This document shows positions 10,601 to 18,342 of a DNA stretch of 64,000 nucleotides, piece by piece. Where the stretch lies: contig CAVDFQ010000007.1 of NCBI GenBank assembly GCA_963608065.1, forward strand, positions 14,391 through 78,390. The letters run 5' to 3'. Position 1 is the stretch's first letter; each line of letters starts with the position of its first letter. This DNA comes from a bacterium (GTDB lineage Bacteria; Bacteroidota; Bacteroidia; Bacteroidales; UBA932). The notes beneath the pieces were generated by a model that saw only the letters and a program-made list of their open reading frames with translations, was not told the origin of the DNA and ran no database searches. A program made the translations under genes and the position numbers.

Positions 10601-10975
10601 ATCCGGAACGCTCATCAGGGAGTCTGTCTCGTACCAGAGATTCTCGAAGCAGTCCATCGCCGCGATAAGGGCCTGCTCGGAGCTTCCGGCCCCGGAACCA
10701 TACTCGGGGTCAAGCTCCGGAGCACCGCTCCCCGCCACCGCGCTGCTGTCATAGCGGAAGATCACCGCGATGCGGCTCTGCTCGTTCAGCTGTGAGAAGA
10801 ACTCCACCTCGTCGCTGTTGCGCTTGTCTATGGGCAGGAATTCGGAGATGTCCTCCTCGTAATGCAGACTGCAGAGCGAATATAGGCAGAGGGCTACCGT
10901 CGCCGCGAGCACCGAGAGCGTCAGGGCCTTCCGGCACGAGAGGAAGTCATAGAGCGCGAGGAAAAACCTAACCAT
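7604..10975 (-). CDS. MMPL-family exporter fused to a PlsC-type acyltransferase and a degenerate methyltransferase-like tail
   Basis: Two multi-TM repeats (GIAANY, GQGDDY), then SNHQSHLD and FPEGSRS, then a C-terminal Rossmann-like segment. Confidence 0.9.
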   Translation of the reverse strand: MVRFFLALYDFLSCRKALTLSVLAATVALCLYSLCSLHYEEDISEFLPIDKRNSDEVEFFSQLNEQSRIAVIFRYDSSAVAGSGAPELDPEYGSGAGSSEQALIAAMDCFENLWYETDSLMSVPDMSATVDESSALELIAQVQTRYPSFLREQDYERMDSLLAVPGYVRQQLEADRRLLALPQGAFLATTMPYDPLHLFTPVLSRLAQAGSNTGYRIVDGHLLHSEKPVGLIFFDSPHGESESMQNEQLSQMLSQVGEQLEQRCPGISVSAVGSPLIAATNAHRIKVDSIWAVALAVVGILLVLGLSFRNFKYILWIALSLVFAGVFSLGLIGLIKDSISIIVLGLGSIIVGIAANYPLHFMHYLRDTRDNRLTLRDMVSPLLTGNITTVSAFLCLIFLKAKAMHDLALFGSFMLVGTILFVLIVMPLFARPVKTSVGEKNRRKAARPPGQRGRVRRAAPWAIVAVTIAILVSGKGGESFDTDLHHINYMTPQQQADLDLLAGSLEQMGSASVVASLLPEDEEERAVLDGRWPAFWKEHASSIAELQECAQSLGFSQSAFAPFLESVRETPELLTREDFSSADMGKVVSSLVASLSQDFDMVLAMCSLAVFFFLWLSFGSLELALLSFLPLMVGWVWILGIMNLLGLQFNIVSIVLATFIFGQGDDYTIYITEGLMKEYATGKRSLSDRSESVLISAILMFIGIGTLIISGHPAMRSLAEITILGMFVVVVMACFLPEWIFRYLTLKHGKRPRQMPVTLLRWLRSFFAFSFFLLVTLIVSPLAMLVFALGPRRRWKEKWLHRVLCGFSRFVIRRVPGTEFELRNDGGEDFSTPAVIISNHQSHLDIMCLLMLTPKMVLVTNKWVWNNPLYAALIHRAEFVPADDGMEDALPKLRELASRGYSIMIFPEGSRSEDCSIGRFHRGAFHVAQELGLDILPVFLHGVGHVLPKTDFMLRPGKIYVEVGRRVSADDTRYGSTSRERTSGFRKFYREHYAQIRREREDAQYWLPLVRSQYLYKGSEVESRAKRSLSDLGKLRQTVDSLPSGCTAVVMDGSSQGEVAFLMALTHPDTEVFAYERDAELHEIAVACANAPANLHFLQGSSQDDPQAPWSGYYSVIHLQTEV

Positions 10976-11687
10976 TCTTCTTCAGTTTTCTATACGCCGC
11001 AAGAGGCGCTCCGTAGAAGATAGCCCCGAAGCAGAGCGCTGTGTTCAGGGCGGTTATGCGCATAAAATCGGCGAAGGGACGGAAGTGGGAGACCCGGTCT
11101 TCGGGATAGCAGACCCTGATGTCCGAGGGAATCAGCTCCACTCCGTGCCACGCGGCATACACCAGAAGCTCGAGCTCGGCTTCGTAGCGGGCCGTGATAT
11201 GCTTCAGGCCGTAAATCCGGTGTAGCGGATAGACGCGGAAACCGGACTGGGTGTCGGGAAGGCTCCTGCCTGTCTGCAGACGGAACCAGAAATTCGAGAA
11301 GCGGTTCGCAAAGGTATTGCCGCGAGGCATATTGTCCGCAGCGAGGCTTCGGCTGCCTACGACGAAGGCTTCGGGGTGTTCGCCCGAGAGGGTGCAGAGC
11401 ACGGGGATGTCCTCCGGAAAGTGCTGGGAGTCAGCGTCTATGGTGACGCAGTGCGTATAGCCTTCGCTTCGGGCTCTTTCGAAGCCGGTGCGCAGCGCGG
11501 CCCCCTTGCCGAGGTTGCGGCTGTGCTGAATCACCTCTACGGGAACACCCTGAAGCAGGCTTGCGGCGGGGATAGAACTGCCGTCGTCCACCACTATCAC
11601 GTCACTGCACTGCTGCAGAGTCCTCTCCACCACATCGCGGAGAGTCCCGGGATTGTTATATGTGGGAATTATTATGCAGAATTCCAT
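10968..11687 (-). CDS. Glycosyltransferase family 2
   Basis: IIIPTYNN, VVDDGS, GKGAAL, TIDADSQH and DTQSGFRVY motifs. Confidence 0.9.
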   Translation of the reverse strand: MEFCIIIPTYNNPGTLRDVVERTLQQCSDVIVVDDGSSIPAASLLQGVPVEVIQHSRNLGKGAALRTGFERARSEGYTHCVTIDADSQHFPEDIPVLCTLSGEHPEAFVVGSRSLAADNMPRGNTFANRFSNFWFRLQTGRSLPDTQSGFRVYPLHRIYGLKHITARYEAELELLVYAAWHGVELIPSDIRVCYPEDRVSHFRPFADFMRITALNTALCFGAIFYGAPLAAYRKLKKNG

Positions 11688-11699
11688 AGGTCTCTTTTT

Positions 11700-12086
11700 T
11701 CAGAACGCTTCGCTCACCAGCGTGAGTGAGAGTTTGCAAAGTACATCGTGTTCATCCCCCAGAGGCGTGAGCACCGCCGAGACGGAAACCGCCGCGCCGC
11801 CGTCCTTAAAGGAAACGATCCTGTAGAGGAGCTCGGGGGTGACGTCCGGATAGACAGGGCCGACGAATTTGACGCGGCGCATCTCCTTGACATAGAGACG
11901 TCTGCCGGTATATGCAGAAAGCAGTTCCGAGAGCATCTGCACTATGCAGACACCCGGGACTATGGGCTGTTCCGGGAAATGGCAGCGGAAGATGAAATGC
12001 TCCGGATTGAGCCTGAGTCCATAGGTCCCGGTCCCGTCCTTCATATCGGAGGAAAGGACGGTGAAAAAGCTACCATTCAATACCAT
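11700..12086 (-). CDS. 3-hydroxyacyl-ACP dehydratase (FabZ/ApeI-like hotdog fold)
   Basis: HFPEQPIVPGVC motif, VKF strand and cluster context. Confidence 0.85.
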   Translation of the reverse strand: MVLNGSFFTVLSSDMKDGTGTYGLRLNPEHFIFRCHFPEQPIVPGVCIVQMLSELLSAYTGRRLYVKEMRRVKFVGPVYPDVTPELLYRIVSFKDGGAAVSVSAVLTPLGDEHDVLCKLSLTLVSEAF

Positions 12087-12720
12087 AATCGCCGTTTACA
12101 GAGACATTCGATACGCTTATTTCTGTGCTGTTGCCGGAAGGGTCGTTCATCACCATACTCCTCAGAAGGCCGGTGGAAGGGTCGAAATTCAGCACTATCG
12201 AGGCGAACAGGCGCTGCAGGTCCTTGCGCACGGGCCGCATTTCAGCCACCCAGACAGAGCCCAGATCGGTGAATGTCGTGCGGAACACTCTGGAGTCCCT
12301 GAGGCTCTCCCCGCTCATACAGCCCATTATCAGATCGGCTATACCCTTGTAGTTCCGGCTCGTGGAGGCATCGCTCACGCTTCGGCCTGCGGCGGACTCC
12401 ACAGTCACTGTGCCGCCGTTTATGGTCATCACATATGCGGTAGGCTCCACATACTCCCAGCGGAGTTTAGAGTCTTTCTCGAAGTACATCACCCCGGAGG
12501 ACTTCATCTCGTCGGCGAGAAGAGACATTCTGCGGACCTGGACGAAGTCGCACTTCATAGTCCTCATCTCCGAGGCGGCCGCTGTGATTTTCTTCAGCAT
12601 CCTGTCCGTGGCGGACTGCTGCGCCTGGCTCGCGATAGCCGCAGAGTTCCCCGCCTGCAGAGGAGTCCCGAGCGCCGCCGTCAGGGCGCAAATCATCATC
12701 AATTTTCTCATAATCATCAT
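12070..12720 (-). CDS. LolA-like outer-membrane lipid/lipoprotein carrier
   Basis: Start reassigned to 12720 (ATGA overlap with the DMT gene stop). Signal peptide, then CDFVQ...SSGVMYFEK..KLRWEY. Confidence 0.85.
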   Translation of the reverse strand: MMIMRKLMMICALTAALGTPLQAGNSAAIASQAQQSATDRMLKKITAAASEMRTMKCDFVQVRRMSLLADEMKSSGVMYFEKDSKLRWEYVEPTAYVMTINGGTVTVESAAGRSVSDASTSRNYKGIADLIMGCMSGESLRDSRVFRTTFTDLGSVWVAEMRPVRKDLQRLFASIVLNFDPSTGLLRSMVMNDPSGNSTEISVSNVSVNGDYGIEW

Positions 12721-13079
12721 CTTGCTATCAGCACACAGCCCAGAAGTATCAGCAATATTCCTACCCAGCGTACCAGGGGCACCTGCTCTCCGAAAATGAA
12801 GATGGCCGCCAGCATACCCATCACGTAACTGAGCGAACTCATAGGGTATGCGATGCTGAACGGGAAATGCTTGAGTATATAGAACCACAGCAGAGACGCA
12901 GTCAGAAAGGAGAGTCCGCAGCCGAGCCACCACCAGTTGGTGAGCTGGGAGACGAAAAACTTCCACTTCCAGACAAAGTCCCCCATCCTGGCGAGAGCCA
13001 GTTTCAGAAAGACCTGCCCAAGCGCGAGGAACACGCTCTGAATCAGTGCTATAGGTACTATCTTCCACATATTCGTCAT
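12717..13079 (-). CDS. Small 4-TM DMT/EamA (ArnE/ArnF-like) transporter
   Basis: 120 aa hydrophobic, with GQVFLK, FSIAYPMSSLSYV and FGEQV..RWVG. Confidence 0.85.
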   Translation of the reverse strand: MTNMWKIVPIALIQSVFLALGQVFLKLALARMGDFVWKWKFFVSQLTNWWWLGCGLSFLTASLLWFYILKHFPFSIAYPMSSLSYVMGMLAAIFIFGEQVPLVRWVGILLILLGCVLIAR

Positions 13080-13081
13080 TC

Positions 13082-13131
13082 GACTGCTCCGCAGTCAATA
13101 GTCAATTCTGTATCACGGCTGCTCCGCAGCC
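13082..13131 (-). promoter_or_regulatory. Twin RNA hairpins with GGA loops upstream of the DMT gene
   Basis: Minus-strand GGCTGC-GGA-GCAGCC (13117-13131) and GACTGC-GGA-GCAGTC (13082-13096). The function is inferred only. Confidence 0.45.
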
Positions 13132-13155
13132 ATAATGCAATGCCGCACCCTCTCC

Positions 13156-14181
13156 TCAACTTTTACAGAGCAGCACCAGGGAGCAGTGCCTTCTTTCCGC
13201 TATGTTCACTACCGCTAAGACCTTCCCGCAGCGGAGCTGTTCTCCCGGAGCGGAAATCAGCGCCGGAGGGATCGTCCCCCTCGAGAGGCAGTGGCACGCG
13301 GCATAGACTCCCAGGGCCGGAGCGGAGAAACAGTCTCCGAAAACCGGCCTGTAGCGAAGGAGTGCCGGCGGCCCCCCCGGAAATATATCGCCCAGAAAAG
13401 CATAGTCTGCGTCAGCCTCGCTACCGTCCATACCCGTCATCACGGCTCCCACATCCTCCATCTTCAGCGCGTTTTCCTCCAGCATCCTGCGGAGCGCGGA
13501 GCGGATTTCTTCAGCGCCGGGGCGGCTCTTGCTCCATACTCCCCCGAGAGAGCAGAGGGACCCATCCGAGGCCTCGTCAGACAGCAGCAATGACACTGCG
13601 GCTTCGCTGCATATGTCACCTTCCGGCAGGAAGCCGGCCTTGCGCATAAACGTATGGAATACCGGGGTCATCTCGTCGTGGGCGCCGACCAGGGCGCTGT
13701 GGATCCTGCCGAGACGCAGCTGCAGGAAGGCATCGTAGAGAGCGCAGTCAAAAGAGAGATGCTTCTGCGAATAGGTCGAGTTGTAGCCGTGCGACTTGGT
13801 ATGTATGCTTATCAGAGAAGAGGTCGTGTTGTGGGTGGACTGCATAAACTGCGTAGGCTTCAGAAGACTTTCGCCCTCGCGCACCATAGCGTCCAGAAAT
13901 AGTTCGGTATTCTCCACGCTGCCGAAGCCTGTTCCCGTTATGATCGCGTCGGGATGCTCTATCCCTCCCTTTGCAAGTGCGGTGAGGGAGGTGGCGAGAG
14001 CGCGTTTCAGGAGCTTCCCCATACGGCGGGCCTCGCCTGCGGAGATGAACTGTCTGAAATCCGGGTCCGTGCAGCGTACATAGTTCTCCTTGAAGCTCAG
14101 CGGAGCATCCATCCAGTCCTCGCACAGAGGCTTCTGAATGGAAATCTGTTCCGCAGAGAGTACGTGTATCCTTTTCATCAT
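13156..14181 (-). CDS. Beta-ketoacyl synthase chain-length factor
   Basis: EARRMGK and PTQFMQSTHN motifs, no catalytic Cys-His-His triad, directly after a KS gene. Confidence 0.85.
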   Translation of the reverse strand: MMKRIHVLSAEQISIQKPLCEDWMDAPLSFKENYVRCTDPDFRQFISAGEARRMGKLLKRALATSLTALAKGGIEHPDAIITGTGFGSVENTELFLDAMVREGESLLKPTQFMQSTHNTTSSLISIHTKSHGYNSTYSQKHLSFDCALYDAFLQLRLGRIHSALVGAHDEMTPVFHTFMRKAGFLPEGDICSEAAVSLLLSDEASDGSLCSLGGVWSKSRPGAEEIRSALRRMLEENALKMEDVGAVMTGMDGSEADADYAFLGDIFPGGPPALLRYRPVFGDCFSAPALGVYAACHCLSRGTIPPALISAPGEQLRCGKVLAVVNIAERRHCSLVLLCKS

Positions 14182-15380
14182 AGGGCCGAGATCACAAGTG
14201 AGGAGTCATTTCCTCCGAAACCGAAAGAGTTGCACAGAACGTGCCTGAGTGGGGTTCCGCGCGAGATGTTCATATTCGGCCTCACCGCCACTTCCGCCAT
14301 AGGGGTGCTCCAGCCGTAATTCACCGGAAGGAAATGCCCGAGCAGCGCAAGCAGGCAGATGACGCTCTCTATGGCTCCGGAAGCGCTTGTGGTATGGCCC
14401 GTTATGGACTTAGTGGAGGACATCGGAGGCAGCTTCTCCCCGAAAAGGCGCAGCATGGCGTGACTCTCGCTGAGGTCATTGTTCGGCGTGCCTGTGCCGT
14501 GGGCATTTATGTAATCTATATCCTGAGGCCGCAGACCCGCATCGTCCAGAGCCTTGCACATAGCCAGATACGCCCCTTCCCCGTCCGGAGATGAGGCCGT
14601 CTGGTGGAAGGCGTCGCAGGCGTTGCCGTAGCCCGAAAGCCGTGCGAGCGGAGTGGCGCCGCGTCTGCGGAGCGAATCCTGTGACTCGAGCACCAGAAAG
14701 GCGGCGCCCTCGCCGAGATTCAGTCCGGCCCTGTCCGCATCGAAGGGACGGCAGGGTCTGCGGTCGAGAATCATCAGGGTGTTGAAGCCGTTCAGGTGGA
14801 AGCGCGTGATGCACTCTGCTCCCCCCGCGACCACGATCTCCGCCTCGCCCGCACGGATCATCTCTGCGGCGAGTCCGATGGCATTAGCAGCCGAAGAGCA
14901 GGCCGTGGAGATGGTGTCTATGAAAGCGAAATCTCCGAAATGATCCGCGATCATCTCCGAGCAGGAGCCGCAATCGTGCGTGCGCAGGTAAGCGTTCTTG
15001 CTGTCGTTTTCTATAAAGTCGAGATAGCAGTTCTCGCTCCTGTCCATTCCTCCCACCGTCGTGCCCGAGATGAAGCCTGCGGAGCGCAGAGCGTCCCGCG
15101 ACAACCCTGCTTTCTTCAGGGCTTCGCCCAATGCCATCATCCCCTGCAGGGCCGTTCTGGTGGTGATTTCATTCTCGGGAATCCCGAGCCTTTCACACAT
15201 CTGAGCGTCAGAGAGCTTGACCTCCCCCACTGGGAAATCGCGATGGCCGGTCTGAAGGTATCTGACCGGGGCGATGCCGCTATTTCCGGCAAGCAGGGTG
15301 GAGAGGACCTCCTGAAAGCAGAGTCCCGCAGCACAGACGATGCCGCTGCCGCTGATGTAGACGGAACGGGAATCAGGCAT
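14178..15380 (-). CDS. Beta-ketoacyl-ACP synthase (aryl-polyene-type KS)
   Basis: STACSS (Cys), NAHGTGT, GHT and NSFGFGG motifs. Confidence 0.92.
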   Translation of the reverse strand: MPDSRSVYISGSGIVCAAGLCFQEVLSTLLAGNSGIAPVRYLQTGHRDFPVGEVKLSDAQMCERLGIPENEITTRTALQGMMALGEALKKAGLSRDALRSAGFISGTTVGGMDRSENCYLDFIENDSKNAYLRTHDCGSCSEMIADHFGDFAFIDTISTACSSAANAIGLAAEMIRAGEAEIVVAGGAECITRFHLNGFNTLMILDRRPCRPFDADRAGLNLGEGAAFLVLESQDSLRRRGATPLARLSGYGNACDAFHQTASSPDGEGAYLAMCKALDDAGLRPQDIDYINAHGTGTPNNDLSESHAMLRLFGEKLPPMSSTKSITGHTTSASGAIESVICLLALLGHFLPVNYGWSTPMAEVAVRPNMNISRGTPLRHVLCNSFGFGGNDSSLVISAL

Positions 15381-15637
15381 TATTTCGTGCGGTTTTTCTG
15401 AATGTAATCAGCCATCACGTTGATGGACTTGAATATCTCCTTGCCCTTCGAAGGGTCCTGAAGCTTGATGCCGTAGTTCTTTTCCATCAGCACGATGAGC
15501 TCGAGGGCATCGATGGAATCGAGTCCGAGACCCTCGCCGAAAAGCGGAGCGTCGTTATCGATATCTTCCGGTCTGACATCTTCGAGATTAAGGACATCGA
15601 TGATTTCTTCCTTAAGTTTTGCAATCAGTTCTTCCAT
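15380..15637 (-). CDS. Acyl carrier protein
   Basis: GLGLDSIDALEL phosphopantetheine site. Start taken at MEELIAKLK. Confidence 0.92.
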   Translation of the reverse strand: MEELIAKLKEEIIDVLNLEDVRPEDIDNDAPLFGEGLGLDSIDALELIVLMEKNYGIKLQDPSKGKEIFKSINVMADYIQKNRTK

Positions 15638-15683
15638 AACAGTGTATCTTTTTTTTATTAATGTATTCATTCGTTATCTTCGC

Positions 15684-15696
15684 GGGGGGGGGGGGG
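15684..15696. repeat. G13 homopolymer (C13 on the coding strand), intergenic within the PKS operon
   Basis: 13 consecutive G between the CLF-like gene stop and the ACP start. Confidence 0.85.
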
Positions 15697-15703
15697 CGCT
15701 GCC

Positions 15704-16342
15704 TCAGGCGTCTTCCGGGTCAGGACGCAGGGCCGCGAACATCTTCCGGATATCCTTTTCGAGAGCCTCCCGGCTTTCTCCCCTCCTGGCCAGCGCCGTG
15801 AAGCCCCCGAACTCTTCAGCCGAGAAGCAGTCCAGCCAGCCGAAAAGCACGGAGAAAGTGACATCGTCATCGAAAGCCTCGGCGATGACCTGTGCCATCA
15901 GCGCGGCATCGCGCTCCGCCAGAACATAGAAGCAGCTCTCTCCCCGGTAATGGTTGCGGATGCATATTTCGCCCGTGACTATGTTCGGAAGCGTATATAC
16001 GAAAATGGCCGGACTCGGGAAATAAGCCTGCGCATCTTCTATGGTATTCTGATAGTTTCTGTCCGCGCAGAGCGAGGAAGTGCGCCCGAAAAGCAGCACA
16101 GCCCTGTCTTCGCGGTACTCCCCCTCCCCCGGACGGGTTTCGCCCTCTTCCCTGAGAAGAAGCTCCGAGCAGAGGAAGCCCAGTTTCGAGAGGCCGTCCA
16201 TCTTGAAGAATTTCGGCCAGTCTCCCACACGGGCGTGATATATGTCCGAAAGCAGCTGCGCCCCGCAGCTGGAGCTGCAGGCCCCGGACCTGACCCCGCC
16301 AACCAGCAGGGAATCCGGCATTATCGCTGTCCATTTCCTCAT
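15704..16342 (-). CDS. Short KS N-terminal-like / CLF-type partner protein
   Basis: PKFFKMDGLSKLGFL and PSPAIFVYTLPNIVTGEICIR, no catalytic Cys, ATGA overlap with the upstream KS. Confidence 0.8.
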   Translation of the reverse strand: MRKWTAIMPDSLLVGGVRSGACSSSCGAQLLSDIYHARVGDWPKFFKMDGLSKLGFLCSELLLREEGETRPGEGEYREDRAVLLFGRTSSLCADRNYQNTIEDAQAYFPSPAIFVYTLPNIVTGEICIRNHYRGESCFYVLAERDAALMAQVIAEAFDDDVTFSVLFGWLDCFSAEEFGGFTALARRGESREALEKDIRKMFAALRPDPEDA

Positions 16343-17493
16343 ATCTCTTCCTCCTTTCTGTATAGCAGGGCCGCATTGCTGCCGCCGAAGCCTGAAATCA
16401 GTTTTATGAACGAGCGGCGCGCTGTGGTCCTGTCCGAAGCACTGATATTGACCGGGCGGGAAACGCCCGGGCGGGCGTATCCCCTGGTGGCGAGGACGCA
16501 GCCGTGCTCTACTGAGCGCATCGCGAGTATGCTTTCGAGCAGGCCGGCGGCTCCCATCGTGTGGCCGTAGCAGCCTTTCAGTCCGGTGACGGGCACGTCG
16601 AGCAGACCGGCGCGGTCGATGGCGATGGACTCCATCTCGTCGTTGTAGGCGGTCGCCGTGCCGTGTACATTTATGAACGCGAGCTCGTCTGGGGTGCAGT
16701 AACGCAGCATCTGCCTCAGTACCAGCAGACTGCCTTCGCCTGTACGGGACGGGCCGCTGATGTGGTTCGCGTCATTTCTGGAGGCTCCTGCCACCAGGGT
16801 CCAGTCTCCGTTCTCTGCCTTGTCCACAGCCTTGAGCACCATCGCAGCGGCGGCTTCGCCGGGGTTGAGTCCCTTCCTGTCGGCATCGAACGGGCGGCAA
16901 GGCTCGTCGGAGAGGGCCTTGAAGGAAAGGAAACCCGAATAAATGAACTCCGACTGCTCGTCCGCGCCCACCACGACGGCAGTGTCGTAACGGCCGCTGC
17001 GCAAAGCTCGAAGTGCCTGAATCTGAGCACTTACACCCGAGATGCAGGCGTTGCAGACCACAAGCGGAGCATTCGGATTGCGGAAGAATCCGCTCACCGC
17101 GCGTGCCGCCACGCCAGGAAGCTCTCTGCTGCGCGGCAGATCGGGATCCGCTCCGCCGAGCATCGAGACATTTGCCTTCGTAGTGGAAATGATGAACAGG
17201 GTGCGGGCGTGCGAAGCATCAATCCCTGCGGCCGCCACTGCGTCCGATGCGGCCATAATGCACAGGCCCTCGAAGAAGCTGTACCCCTCTCCTATGCCTC
17301 TGCGCTCCCTTTCGGACTTTATCTTTTCGCGGTCGAGGCGGGACATCACCACGCTTTCCGAGCGCTTCCCCATACCGTCATAACGGCGGACCGCGCTTTC
17401 ACCCGAGTGCACGGCGGCGTAATTCTCCTCCGAGCTCATTCCCAGGGGAGAGATTATGCAGTCGGCTGCACATATCACTGTTCTGCGATCCAT
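16339..17493 (-). CDS. Beta-ketoacyl-ACP synthase
   Basis: CNACISG, DANHISGP, VHGTAT, GHTMGAAG and SGFGG motifs. Confidence 0.9.
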   Translation of the reverse strand: MDRRTVICAADCIISPLGMSSEENYAAVHSGESAVRRYDGMGKRSESVVMSRLDREKIKSERERRGIGEGYSFFEGLCIMAASDAVAAAGIDASHARTLFIISTTKANVSMLGGADPDLPRSRELPGVAARAVSGFFRNPNAPLVVCNACISGVSAQIQALRALRSGRYDTAVVVGADEQSEFIYSGFLSFKALSDEPCRPFDADRKGLNPGEAAAAMVLKAVDKAENGDWTLVAGASRNDANHISGPSRTGEGSLLVLRQMLRYCTPDELAFINVHGTATAYNDEMESIAIDRAGLLDVPVTGLKGCYGHTMGAAGLLESILAMRSVEHGCVLATRGYARPGVSRPVNISASDRTTARRSFIKLISGFGGSNAALLYRKEEEI

Positions 17494-17906
17494 TTCTTCT
17501 TCCAATTCTCAAAAAACTCCGGAGCTGCCCAGAGAAGATTGTTTTCCAGGTCCGTAAACACCTGTACGCTGCGTCCCGTAGCGGCGGTCATCCCCGTCTC
17601 CTTATCCTTTATCTCGTAGTCGAACACCAGCTTGGCGGCTTCGCAGGGGCACCACACGGCACTTACCACAGCCTTGCGGCCAAATGTCAGGGGATGGAGG
17701 AACTTCACCGATATGTCCACCAGCGGGACATAACATCCCGAGGCATAGATATCCAGATATCCGAGTCCGTATTCGGCGCCGAAAGCCTCGCGGGCATCCT
17801 CGAAATACTTGATGTAGTTCCCGTGCCACACTATCTTCATCGAATCCACATCGCTGAAACGGATTTCGATTTCCTTTTCCGTCCTGAGTTCCCTGTACTG
17901 AGCCAT
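17475..17906 (-). CDS. Acyl-CoA/ACP thioesterase (4-hydroxybenzoyl-CoA thioesterase family)
   Basis: IRFSDVDSMKIVWHGNYIKYFEDARE motif. Confidence 0.9.
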   Translation of the reverse strand: MAQYRELRTEKEIEIRFSDVDSMKIVWHGNYIKYFEDAREAFGAEYGLGYLDIYASGCYVPLVDISVKFLHPLTFGRKAVVSAVWCPCEAAKLVFDYEIKDKETGMTAATGRSVQVFTDLENNLLWAAPEFFENWKKKWIAEQ

Positions 17907-17907
17907 A

Positions 17908-18342
17908 TCACGCTTTCTCTATGTCGCTGAGGGCTATCTTCAGCCTGGATTCTGCTATGAGAGCATCACCGGCCTTCACCGTGGCGTTTGCCATCACTAT
18001 GTTGAAGACCTCCTCTATGACTTCCATCGTAGTCTCTATGGTCTCCCCGACCACAGGGGTCCTGTATGCCCTGAAGCTGTCGATGGCACCGATGAAGCCG
18101 AGCTTCACCTTGCCTTCGCAGCCCCGGCTTATGTAGCCCATCCTCGCTGCGCAGGTCTGGGCTATGTTCTCGTTCAGTCCGGACACGGAAAGACGCCCCC
18201 CGTCCACGAAGATGTTATCTTCGCGCACTGAAAGAGCGGTCGTCACCCTGTCCCTCGAGAAGGATGTCATTCTGTCCACCATCACGAAGGGCGGACGCTG
18301 AGGCAGCAGCTCCTGTATGTCGATACATTCCGGTTCTGTCAT
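17908..18342 (-). CDS. Hotdog-fold 3-hydroxyacyl-ACP dehydratase (ApeP-like)
   Basis: LLPQRPPFVMVD, ENIAQTCAA and GFIGAI motifs. ATGA overlap at 18339-18342. Confidence 0.85.
   Translation of the reverse strand: MTEPECIDIQELLPQRPPFVMVDRMTSFSRDRVTTALSVREDNIFVDGGRLSVSGLNENIAQTCAARMGYISRGCEGKVKLGFIGAIDSFRAYRTPVVGETIETTMEVIEEVFNIVMANATVKAGDALIAESRLKIALSDIEKA

Noticed and set aside
12721..13098. N-terminal extension of the LolA-like ORF (342 aa)
   Set aside because: It overlaps the DMT gene in another frame. The signal peptide starts at 12720.
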